This document shows positions 25,916 through 37,249 of a stretch of DNA of 64,000 nt, piece after piece. The notes below the pieces were generated by a model, which searched no databases, was not told the origin of the DNA, and worked only from the letters and a program-made list of their open reading frames with translations. Numbering within the stretch: position 1 is the stretch's first letter; each line of letters starts with the position of its first letter. The position numbers and the translations under genes are program-made. Source of the DNA: Psammoneis japonica (Eukaryota); NCBI GenBank assembly GCA_008632985.1, contig QPGO01000288.1, positions 1 through 64,000 of the forward strand, read 5' to 3'.

Positions 25916-26962
25916 CATCTCCAAATCTGCTCCATGGCTGCCATGCCCCCTTGACAATGGGGGTGGCAATTCAAAGAGGTGTGTGCTGTTCTCAAGACAG
26001 AGCTCATTCTTCATGCAGCGACCGGCTGTTGTGGCTCTGGCACAGAAATGTTCTTGTGAAGTTTTTGAAGAATGGCTCATTTTTGACTTGTGCACAAGCC
26101 TGTGAATGACATGATCACCTTGTGCTCTAATGCAAAGCATTCTGGGAGGAAGGAAACTTTGTTGGGGGAATCCTCAAATGGATTGCTCTTTTTTGTGAGC
26201 ACTGCTCGTCTGTTGTGACTTGGCTCTTGTTGGCGGGGCAGGGTGTGGCTCGATTTGGGGTGCCCTTGCTTTGGGTTTCATCAGGTTTGCGTGCTTCATT
26301 GCAAGAATTTGTGCTCTGTAATGTGAGTCTGGTGCACAGCTCCTGTGAAAAATGTGTGTGTCAGCGGTGCTTTGCCAAAGTGCTTGTGACTGTTCTTGTT
26401 TGCAGCAACTGAGGAGCTTCGCCAACTCCAAGCAATCAAGAGGAAAAGAGCTGGATGTTTTCAAATGATGTGGGGCTGGTGACCCTGATGACTTGAGACT
26501 TTTGTTGAGGTTGGCTTCTTTGGGATGATGCGACATCAAAAGTGTTGGCTCATGAGTCAATTCATCCGAAAACAAACATCTCCCAGCAGCTCTGACGTCA
26601 AAGGCTCAAGAATTGTCTCTTGCCTTCACCATTGGGCTGTGGTTCATTCTGCCCTACAGCAGCTAGCACTACTCTCTACTCTCTACTAGAGAGTAGAGAA
26701 CTCTACTCTGCAGCTGAATGCTCTACTCTGCAGCTGGTCTTGTCCATGTTCTTGTGCACGATTCTGCTTCTGCGAGCCATGCGAACCACTGTACAGTGGG
26801 GCTACTGTATGAGAACTTCCGATTTGAGTCGTTTCTGAGTCGTGCTTGACTAATAAATATATTCAGGTCCGTAGTTTCTTTTGTCCTCTCTGATCTCGGG
26901 CCGGTCTCACGTCTCACGTACGTCCTGGGTCCTGTCGTCACAAAAAGCACCGCTAAACGAAA

Positions 26963-28663
26963 ATGACACAAGAAGCCTCTCGGCCATTTATCATTGGCAG
27001 TGGAGAGCATCGTCTCCGATCGGAGAACCTGGCGTTTGACATTGATGTTTGGTATCCACCCCTCGCTGAGCACACCTTTCATACGGTTTTTCTACCTCTG
27101 ACACGTCTCGAGGCCCAGGCGATTGTGACTTACTACAACAAGGTATTCCGTCATGTCGAGGACGGGAGCTTCACTGACTCTGTGGTAGAAACTCTTCTAG
27201 CATTGGAAGCCCGCATTGACCAAGCTCTTATTGAAGAGTCTTTTGTGAGTCCTGACGATAATGATGGAAGCAGGAGGAGCGGCGGCGCCTTTTTACGCCT
27301 CTGCGGTCGCTCCCCAAAGGATGGTGAACCCACCGACCCAATGATCCGAGCAAAGATTTGGGAAAGTTACTGCGCCAATTTGCGGACATTGACCTCCCAT
27401 AATGCAGAGCTCAACAACGATGACGACGAGCACGGCAACGCTCGTGTCGCGGCCATTGCGCAGACTGATTCGTTGTTGCATGTAAACAGCGGTAGCGACG
27501 CCATGTCGCTTCTACTTACATCTGAGCGGGTCTTTTCCGATATGTTAGATTGGCACAATTACGGTGAACCAGAACAAATTGTTCTTCGACAATTCTGTGG
27601 CTCTTTCAACTTGTCGACGGAGTTCCGCTGTTACATTCAGAGTGGAGTCCTCCGTGGAATTAGCCAGTACGACACTTATGCACGTTATTCCTTTTTGCTG
27701 GATGCGTCAAAGCGTGACATTGTGGTACAGTCAGTAGTCAAGGAATGGATCAAAGTAAAAGACTGCATCCAAACAATGGATGATAGCTACTGTATCGATT
27801 TTGGTGTTGACATGGAACGAAAAAGGGCCTTGCTTATTGAAATTTCACCTTATCGATGTTGTACGGGTCCAGCGCTCTTTGCTTGGAAGGGCGAGGCAGA
27901 ACTCGTCTTTCCAGACCGACAGGATGTTCATGACCACAAGATTGCTTCTGTAATTATACACGAACAGTTAGCAAAAGATGCTGTCTTTCGCATTAGGTCG
28001 CAAGTGATACCGAGAATTGGTGACCTTGTGGAAATGAACTGGGACTATCGCTGGTCCAAGGAAAGGGTGGACACCCCCAAGCCATATCGTGACGTGTATG
28101 CCGCTGCCATTACAACTAGCACGAACCTTGTGGATAGATTCAGTTGCTGGTTGTTCGGGGAAAGGGGAGTACAACAACACGTCCTTTTTGTTTATGGGAC
28201 ACTGAAACGAAACTGCCATTGGCATTCCAAATACATGACAGGAGCAAAATTCCTGGGGATAGGAACGACAGTCACACCTCAATCTCTTGTGATTGGTCAG
28301 TGTGGAGTACCGTATCTGATACGCACGTCTTCTCCAGATAGTGAGGCCAAACCCGTAAAGGGTGAATTGTGGAGCTGTACGAGCGAGATGCTGCAAGGGA
28401 TAGATGAGTATGAAGGCATCCACAAGGATCATTATTCACGCCAAGAAATTGCTATTGTTGTTACTGGACGGTCAAACCGAATCCAAAAGGCTTTCTGCTA
28501 TTTCTATGCAGTGAAGCCAGGCGCCTCGGGTGTCGACGCCTCGTTGTTGCAAGCCGAGCGAATTTCTGAGTACACTGTGGAAGAGCAAAAGAAGCAATAC
28601 AAACCCATCCACCACATCCAGGTAAAACAGATGCACTATCTTGGAGAAGAGGCAACCACCTAA
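26963..28663 (+). CDS. CDC123/D123-like ATP-grasp domain fused to a C-terminal gamma-glutamylcyclotransferase (GGCT/AIG2-like) domain
   Basis: GAFLRLCGRSPKD, LLLTSERVFSDM, EFRCYIQSGVLRGISQYD, IDFG and LIEISP (D123/R2K-type). Then VLFVYGTLKRNCHWH..GVPYL..VKGELW..GIDEYEG..YSR (GGCT/GGACT). Single 566-aa intronless ORF. Confidence 0.85.
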   Translation: MTQEASRPFIIGSGEHRLRSENLAFDIDVWYPPLAEHTFHTVFLPLTRLEAQAIVTYYNKVFRHVEDGSFTDSVVETLLALEARIDQALIEESFVSPDDNDGSRRSGGAFLRLCGRSPKDGEPTDPMIRAKIWESYCANLRTLTSHNAELNNDDDEHGNARVAAIAQTDSLLHVNSGSDAMSLLLTSERVFSDMLDWHNYGEPEQIVLRQFCGSFNLSTEFRCYIQSGVLRGISQYDTYARYSFLLDASKRDIVVQSVVKEWIKVKDCIQTMDDSYCIDFGVDMERKRALLIEISPYRCCTGPALFAWKGEAELVFPDRQDVHDHKIASVIIHEQLAKDAVFRIRSQVIPRIGDLVEMNWDYRWSKERVDTPKPYRDVYAAAITTSTNLVDRFSCWLFGERGVQQHVLFVYGTLKRNCHWHSKYMTGAKFLGIGTTVTPQSLVIGQCGVPYLIRTSSPDSEAKPVKGELWSCTSEMLQGIDEYEGIHKDHYSRQEIAIVVTGRSNRIQKAFCYFYAVKPGASGVDASLLQAERISEYTVEEQKKQYKPIHHIQVKQMHYLGEEATT

Positions 28664-29398
28664 CTTTGGTTACTGTATTTGCAGGGCTGCAACCACCGGG
28701 ATCATCTTGCCATGCAATACCGACCTGAGATCATGCCATTTACCGTACGTTTGCAACATAAAGCCGAGAAGTGCAAGTATTAGAAAGCCGTGTAAGTCAT
28801 AACCGTTTTGTGGACTACCAGCACTTGTGCCATATTCTGTGAGGTAGCGCATTATGATGAAGTTGGGGTGTATAAACTATATTATGTACACATTTTGGGA
28901 GATGTAATTCTCCTTGAATATTGCTGCTGCATTCTCACGCAGAGTATCGTGTGTGCCTGTGTTCCTTGTGCGATATGGTTTTCCTCTAGAAGAGGCTGAG
29001 GACACGCAGACATGAGCGCCCTAGCTTGGTGTGCCGTGCTAACTTTCTCCTCTTTCCTTCTGCTGTACGTTTTGCATGAAGCCGGTATGAGGCCACATGC
29101 TCTGACTCTGTTGTTTTTGGATCACTGTACTTTTGAGCTCAGTAGCTACTAGCCTCTCTCTAGTCTAGTAGCTACTAGAGTCTCTAGCTAGTAGAACTCT
29201 AGCTACTCTCTCTAGAGAGAGTAGAGTTGGTCGATGATAAATTGGTGCTGATCAAAAATGCAGTCGACTGTTTCGATTCGTATGAGCAGACGTACAGACA
29301 GCAACCGTTGGATCATCGAATATATCCTTCGAGTATGAATTTTAATAGAGTAATTTGCTGTGGAGGGAGAAAGTGATCTTCATTTTTTTTAGCCGACC

Positions 29399-30253
29399 AT
29401 GACGCAATTCAAGCGCAAGGTAGTCGATACCCCGAGTGGACGCGTCTCATATCTGGAATCAGGCAGTGACAAAGAAAAGGTTGTTTTGTTTCTTCACGGG
29501 ATTGCAGGCAACGCACGGTCGTTTCGACGTCAACTCCTCGATTTGCCCAACAACAACTACCGCGTCTTAGCATGGGACGCTCCTGGCTATGGAGAATCGT
29601 CTGCAATCAAATGCAAGGATCCATCAAACTTTATGCAAGCATATGCTCATATTGTTTGTGACTTTCTTGATGGACTTGGTCTGAAAAAGCTGAGCGCAAT
29701 TGTTGGAGTGTCAATGGGCGGTATTGTGGTGCAGTGTGTTGCTGGGTTGTATCCGGATCGTGTCGAAACGTTGGTGATTACGAGTAGTTATATCGGAGAT
29801 GCCATGCCACCCGAGATTCCCTTGGCAGAAAAATGGACAAGCCGAATAGAGGATCTAAAACTCAAGGCGCCACAAGAGTTTGGTGTAGCTCGAGCGGCAG
29901 GAATGTTGCCAACGGATGAACAGGTAATGAGGAGCGGGAGGATTTCTCAAGACGAGTTTGACTCGATCAGAAACAAAATTGCGTCGATAGCTTCAGAGGT
30001 TACGCCAGATGGGCTAATAGGTGGATGTACTTTACTTCATGTAGCTGATACCAGGGTTTTTGCAAGCGACTTTACCATGCCGGTGTTGGTGATTATTGGC
30101 GAGCTCGACAGAGTGATCGCACCCGAGAAAACTAGAAAACTTGCTGACTTGATGCCTCACTGCGACACATTATTCTTACCAGGTGTTGCCCATGCAGCAT
30201 ATCTGGAAGATCCAGAAACGTTCAATGCGGCCTTGGTGAATTTCATCAAATGA
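29399..30253 (+). CDS. Alpha/beta-fold hydrolase (PcaD/MenH-like)
   Basis: LFLHGIAG, AWDAPGYGES, nucleophile GVSMGG, GELDRV (Asp) and GVAHAAYLEDPETFN (His); intronless. Confidence 0.92.
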   Translation: MTQFKRKVVDTPSGRVSYLESGSDKEKVVLFLHGIAGNARSFRRQLLDLPNNNYRVLAWDAPGYGESSAIKCKDPSNFMQAYAHIVCDFLDGLGLKKLSAIVGVSMGGIVVQCVAGLYPDRVETLVITSSYIGDAMPPEIPLAEKWTSRIEDLKLKAPQEFGVARAAGMLPTDEQVMRSGRISQDEFDSIRNKIASIASEVTPDGLIGGCTLLHVADTRVFASDFTMPVLVIIGELDRVIAPEKTRKLADLMPHCDTLFLPGVAHAAYLEDPETFNAALVNFIK

Positions 30254-30557
30254 CAAGCGCATAAGGAAGTGGTGCTTTTGGCCGCGACCAGGTGCTCCAG
30301 AAAGAATGTCTGGTAAGAGAATCAAGAAGCATAAGTCTTCTGACTGCTTTGTGTACTGCTGCAAACGCTTTGACAAAGTCGTAGGGAAAGAGACCAGTTC
30401 AGATTGACACTGCTTCAGATAATAAGAGGTTCTATTCAAGGTCTACATCCTCATTTTCACAGTACCTCTCATAATATCCCGCGCATCATCGTTAGTCGCA
30501 CGTTTCCAACCTGTAGACCAAGCTCTGTATAGTACAGAACAAAGTCAATTTCAACCT

Positions 30558-30875
30558 TCAACTTTCTTGTCCGAAATAGTGACCACTCTTGACGCGTCCG
30601 GCCCCAGCAGCCTTGGGGGCTCGCTTGTCGTTCATGCGGTACCTTCCGCCACTCACACCTAACTTGTACTCCGTCTTGCTAGCACCTCCATCCATACCCT
30701 TGAAACTGTCACCAACGACGTATTTTCGTGCACGAAGAGAGCAGCGGCGAGGAATGCTTTTCGGCGTCACGTTCTCCTTGTTGCTGTTATCAGCATCAGT
30801 TGGTGACGACAAGAGACTTGCTTCCTCATCACTGTTGCTAGCTTTGGGAGTGTCGGTCGCTTCAGGAGAGGACAT
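30558..30875 (-). CDS. Small disordered hypothetical protein (105 aa)
   Basis: ATG-to-stop ORF of normal composition in a gene island; contains NKEN (possible KEN box); no recognisable domain. Confidence 0.45.
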   Translation of the reverse strand: MSSPEATDTPKASNSDEEASLLSSPTDADNSNKENVTPKSIPRRCSLRARKYVVGDSFKGMDGGASKTEYKLGVSGGRYRMNDKRAPKAAGAGRVKSGHYFGQES

Positions 30876-31315
30876 TGTTCCAACGCAATAGGTAAAGTAC
30901 CTCTATTCTAGAGAGAGTGTTTTCAGTTTTGTGTGCCATCACTTTCAACTTTTCTCGCCTTCCGCAACTCTCGCGTCTTTATCAATTAGCTCATGATTCA
31001 ATAGAACATGAGCAGGTTTTTTTGGCGCGTTAGCAGTCTAGACCTACTAGCTCTCTACTCTACTAGAGAAGTAGTAGCTAGTAGGTCTAGAGAGTAGAGA
31101 CTACTCTCTACTCTAGCTAGAGTAGAGAGAGAGCAGCTACTACTCTAGCTAGTAGAGTAGAAGTGGCTCTAGCTACGGTATGAGCTCTCAAAACAAAAAG
31201 TTGAGCGACGGCCAACACCTGCTTGCGCTTACAGTACTACTATTACTGGTGTCATAGACTTTATGAGCAGAACAACGTTTGTGGACAAGTCTGCACTAGA
31301 GTTTTTCGATAGCCC

Positions 31316-34300
31316 TTACAATTCATCCCAATCAATCGCGTTGATCTTGGAGTAATACTTCCCGTCGCGCCCTTCCTCGCGACGGACCTGGAAGTACCTA
31401 TCCGGCATATCGAATCCCGATTGCGTTGCAAGTTCACTCTTGATCATGTGGACAAACTCCTGCAAGTTGGGAGCAGAGTGAATGAAAGTGAGTTGGACTT
31501 TTTGTCAAGCAAAACATCACAACAGACGATATGAGCACAATTATGAATGACGAACCTGGTCGTGAGTGATCGTCACGAGCTGAAAGTTTTCCTGCCTGGA
31601 ACGAAGCGCGATAATCTGGGCTAGAGCGACCGCAAGTCCTTTCTTGTTATCGAAATCGAGGTTCACGGTGGGTTCGTCAAGAGCAATCACACCGCAGTTC
31701 AGGCAAAACGTTTCAGCAAGAGCCAAGCGAATCACAATGCACGCCAAGACACGTTGTCCGGCACTGCAACGGCCCCTCATGTCAAGCTTGGCGTTTCCTT
31801 TCGTCATGACAACGCGGTAGTTATAAGAACGCTTTGCTCTCGATCCGGTGTCCTGTCCGGCAATCAACTCAATGTTGGTGATGTCCTGTCCTTTATACGT
31901 CATGCTCCATAGGTCCCTAATGATCTTGTTGATTTCACCAATCTTTATATTGTGAAACCTCATTAGAGCCTTATCCACGGCTGTATAGTATTTGTCAAGG
32001 TCGGCTACGGCGATCACGGTTGTCTGATGCTTGATCATTGTCACCCTATAGCGCTCGTCGACGTCCTTGTACTCTGGAGTCTGCAGCTTTCGCTGGAGTC
32101 AATAAAAGTATCAACAAACAAGCAGTGAGCATACAATACCAGCGACGCCGCTCATCCAAGAAACGAACGATGCATACCTTGAGAGCACGGACGTTGTCCA
32201 CAATGCCTCCTCGTCGACCTTCATGCCGCGCTTTCGCATTCAAGAGTTCTGTCTTCCGCTTCCGAGCACGGTGCGCGTCTTGTTCAGCTGTTGCCGATCC
32301 TTCGATGTTCTGCACCTCCTTCTCGAGCTCTGCAATTTCTTGCTCGAGCGCGGCAATCGATTGCGTGAAACTGATTTGGCTGATATTGTCCTCGATATTC
32401 TTCTTGTGGCGCTGTTGATCGCCTACACTTTTGGTAAGAGCATCGAGCTTCGGAGACAGAGTCTGAAGCTCCTTCTCCCTAGATTGAACATTGTCGTTCA
32501 ACCTAGTAATCTTGGACGCAAGTCGATTAAACCCGTCTTCTCCTCGGTGGGAGTCCTCGTATCTATCAATCTGGCTAGTCAGTGCACTGAGAGCATCGAC
32601 ATCGTTCCTGAACAGAGTCACCGACTTGCTCAGCTGATTCTCTTCCTCTGAGGCCTGCGAACGAGCTCGCTGGCGTTTGGCTTCCTTTTCTCGGATCTTG
32701 AGACGAATTGGAGCAAGTTGCTCTTCAAGCTGCAGGATAAAAGTGTCAGAGTGCACTGCTACATTGATAATTTTGAAAATGACGGACACCGGTTCAGGAT
32801 ACTTACCTCTTTGTCCTCTGCTTCGAGGGCTTCTAATTTGTCTGTCAACTCAGTCCGACGAATCTGGGTTTCTTGTTCCTTCGCGTACCTTTCTTCCTTT
32901 TCCTTCAAGATTTGCTGAATTTTTTCCGCCTGTTGTAGACAAGAGTAGAAGAAACGAATTAGTAGTGAAAAAGAAGAGGCGAAACCCATGGCGATGGGAA
33001 TGTTACCTTTATCGAGTTAGCACTAATCTTATTGTTCAGCAAGGCTGGCAAACAGGAAGAGAACGACCAGGAAACAACAGCAAAGTGAGCAAAGGACGAG
33101 AATTCGTAGGATTAATTCACGTTGTTTTGACTTACTCATATCCTTGTTGAGCCGCTGAACCCTTGACGCCATCTCGTCCTTCCTATTTCGCTTGTCTTGC
33201 AGATCGCGCTCGACCTGCTTCAAATCACGCCCGCCAGTATCCGGAATCACCATAGACATACTCATGCTGGTCTCGTGCTTGCTTGTGATCTGCAAGCGCT
33301 TCTCTGAAATGCGCGAGGCTTCTTCGCACCAGCGTTTCGTTTTTTCAACAAGACTACGCAAGTCGTTTGCCTCCTTCTCAATGTCGCTGCTGCTATCTTT
33401 GGCCTTGTCAAGTGCGACTTGGTTCCTCTGGAGCTCCTCCTCCAACTTGGCGATATCCGCCTTCAACGTTGCGATCTCTTCGTGAACGCGTTCGTGTTCA
33501 TGCAAATCCTTCATTAAAGGCTCAAGAGCCGACTTCATATCCTGGTATTTGTCGGTACGGACACGATTCGTTTCGGCCCTGTCTGCGTTCAAGGGCTTCA
33601 TCAAGGGCGACGTTTCCACGTCCATGAGTTTCTGCATGGCGGTTTGCATAACTTGGATCTCGTCCGAGTCCATGTCGCGTTCGCAGCATGGGCAGACATA
33701 GCTCTTGCTGCCATCGTCGTCGCGAACCTCGCGCTGCGAAAAAGACCAAATGAGATTTCGGTGAATATCACGGGTAATAGAAACAAACCAAAGCATTACG
33801 TGAACTTACCAGTCTGTAGAGTCTTTTCATAATCTTTGAAAATGCCATCTTCGGAACCTCGTAAGACGACAGATCGTCAATCAGATTCGTAAGAGTATCA
33901 AGAAGATCTTGTGGAGAGACGCCTTCCGGGACTGCTACATTGTCGCCATGCTCTACTTCAAAGGCTTGCATGTTTCTGACCATTTGGCGGAACTCGCGCA
34001 TGCTTCCGTCCAGAGCTGTCATGCGACCCTGGAGTTTCTGCATGGACCTGCGGTTGTGTTCCAAAAGAGCGCTAGATTCGGAGACACTCTTTTGCTTGGC
34101 TGTTTCCTTTTCTTGAGCTCGATCAAGATCCGTCTTCATGTCGTTGTACTTGTCCTCCACCTTGTTTGCCCATTCGTGCATGGCTCCCACAAGCTCATCC
34201 TCATTACCATCTCCCTTTAGACCGGGCAAGGACATGGGTGAATCGATATTGTACTGTCGAAAACTCGATTCTTCCAAGGTAAGAGTTTCCTGGAGATCCT

Positions 34301-36433
34301 CCAATTCCTTGGCCGCCTGCTCTTCCAGCATAACTATTTGCTGCTGAGCCTCAGCATTGTCACGAAGCTCCTTGAGGACAAGCTCGTCGTCTTCGATTTC
34401 GCGTTTGAGCTCTTCAGATTTGCTTTCAATGTTTCGAATCTTGACTTGAGCGTCTGATTCTTTCTGTTCCTTGTTGAGCGCTTCACGCTCTTGGGCTGTA
34501 TAATTACAAGACAGATGGGCAGAGTTCAACGTGAGATTCAAAACAAATCCTCGAGGATTCAAGGCACAAGCCATACTGTCCGTACTTACCAATCCTGATG
34601 AGATCGCGTTTTGACTCTTCAATCTGAACAGCGAAAGCAAAACAGTATTGTCGAATGTTAGAGAGCCAAATATTACAACCGGGAAGGCCGATTCGACAAT
34701 CTTACCTCGCTCTTGCGCATCCTTGGGCCGCGATGAGTCTCCCTGGCCAACGTGTCAATTTCTTGCCGTGCTTCTTGGCGCTGCTGCGCAATCTTTTTTC
34801 GGTCTGCTCACCACAAAGCAAATACATAGTCGCATATATAAGATGCGCTTTACAAAAATCTCAGAAAACACAATCGACTGCGTCAATTTCGGTCTTACCG
34901 TTCTCGATTGACTTTTCCTTTCCGATCGCGTCTCCCAAGACAACTTGAAGCTGGTCTTCGGCGGCCTGAGACTTTTCACGAAACTGCTTGAGTTCATCCG
35001 TAAGCTCCCTTTCCTTTTGTTCCAGAGCTCTGGTAAAGGCCTGCATGTCTTCGGGGGAAATGGAAATGATGCTCCCCTGCGTTCCTCCACCCGCCGTCGT
35101 GGTGTCATCTTGAGATTCCTGAGTGCCGGTGAGCATGGTGCCTTGTGTCTGTGTCACGGCGAGATTGATGCTGTAAGTGTGAGCCATTTGTTCCATCTTG
35201 GAAAGACGGGACCGTAGCACCTTTTCGTGCGCCTCTTTTTCTGCCTCGAGCTTGCCGAGCTGTCCCTGTAGCTGCATTTCTTCTTGACGATAAGACTGAA
35301 TCTTGTTTTGTAGCGACTGAATGTTCCTCTCGAGGTCTTGTTTCTGCTGCTCTTGATCCGCGACTTGCTCGTCAAAGTCACTTAGCATATCCTTGAGTTC
35401 ACGAAGCGTGTGTTTCTCGGTAAGATTCTCCTGCAACATTTCCAGCTGCGTGTTGGCCTTGGTCCGTTCCCGTTCGAGCTCGTTTTGCTTGACTTCCAAA
35501 TCGTCCACGGCCGTTCCTATTCGGGAGAGTACGTCATCGGCACGACGAATCTCGTCATCCAACCCGTTAAGCTCTTCCTTGATGGTAACAATCTCTTCCT
35601 CAATCTCTTCCACTTGCTCATTGTGCTGCTCGAGTTCCTGACGACAAAGCTTGGCCGCGTGTTGGTGACTCCTGAGTCCCTCCACGTCGGCCTTGAGATC
35701 CTTGGCCTTGGCAGCATAGTCCTTGCTTGTAGCACGAATCGCCACGAGTGCCTTGGCGTATTTGGTCGAATCAAAAATGTCATCAAAGCGCTTCTGCAAG
35801 ACGGCGCCCTCCATGAGCGGCCAGGACGAGTCTTCTTGATGACAAAACATAACATGCTCCAAGACGGGTTTCGTCACCCCCATGATGGACGGTATTTGTC
35901 GATCGAGTTCGGTACACTTGTGAGACATGCTGATGCGTTCTCCCGTTTCGGGATTGTTGGAGCGTAGCACCCCGTCTAGAGCCTTGAAGCTGAGCGTCGT
36001 TTTCTTTTGCTGTACTTCCATACTTCGACTCACCACCATGGTGTTTCCGAGGCGATTGGTGAAGCGGAGCTTGATATTGGCCTTGACGACGGACTGGCCC
36101 ACGCTCTTGGGGTCGTGCACAAAGGCTTGGCCCGCCTTGTTACCCGGGGGTAACGAACCGGTTACGGCGTACTTGAGACTCTCAATGATTGTGGTCTTGC
36201 CACAGCCGTTGGCCCCGACAATGACAGTGACGGGATAGAAGAATTCAATCACCTTATGGTATCATATGGGAAGAGAGGATAGATGCATGGGTTCGTATGG
36301 GGTTTGTAAGGATCAATCTTAGCAACAGCAATGCGATCACAACGTCGAGAACACACACAGTTCGTACCTGCTCTTTTTCATCGGGCGAAAACGCACGCAC
36401 GCCTCGAATAGACAATTTGTTTATGGACGCCAT
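31316..36433 (-). CDS. RAD50: DNA repair protein RAD50, multi-exon
   Basis: Exon 1 [17 protein letters not shown]; Walker [23 protein letters not shown]; long coiled coil; zinc hook CPCC; signature MRGRCSAGQ; Walker B ALDEPT; ITHD; last exon ends DWDEL* at 31316. Confidence 0.96.
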
Positions 36434-37249
36434 TACACAATCCTTGCCTTGTTGTCACAACGGCGTTACGTATGGGTACAATGCTCTCAGCAACACAAGT
36501 CTGTTCACGCCGTTTTGTTTGTTGACTTCTGTCGTCAATCGCGGTCTGCGGCTTTGGAGCTTTTCGCATCCACTTCTTGCGATCTTTTCCTCGCGCGCGA
36601 AAATCTGCCGGGAAAAAGGCGCGCACGAGCTCCGAACGCGAAAAAGGCACGAGGCGATGTCTTTCGAGCCCATTTCCACCTCCTGATTTACCTGACTTTC
36701 GCTTCTTGTCGGTGCTCCCCTCCATCGTTGCTGGCAGATGATGGCAGATAGAGGCAAAAGAGTTTGATGAAACAAAAAAGAAAAAAGAGAGAGATAAAGA
36801 TTGAAGATGAGAAATGAGGGTCTGGGGTCGTGGGTGGGTGTTGTTCTCGGTGTCGTCGGATCGGAACTTTGTGACCTGATGACATCATCATTCCACCAAA
36901 AAACAGGTGAGGTCACTAAAAAATCATGGCGAGAGGGCAACAGGTGCATTGTTGTTGCATGCTGTAACAACTGTTCCCCTCACTGACACCCACTTTGTCT
37001 CTGTTGATCACACAGCCCAACGTGTCTTGTTTGAGCCTGATGCGACGACTGCGTTTCGCAGTTTGGCTTGTTCTCATTTTCTTGACATGCAACACTGACG
37101 CATTTTTAGAACCTTTTTGATCTCGCTCCACTGGCAGCTTTTGTTGCAATCCAACAACTTCTGGTTGTTCAACATGGACTTTTGACGATGGAGCCTGCAA
37201 GGAGAGAGCATGGTTCATGCGCCAGCAGCATCAAACGTGCTGGGCCGTG

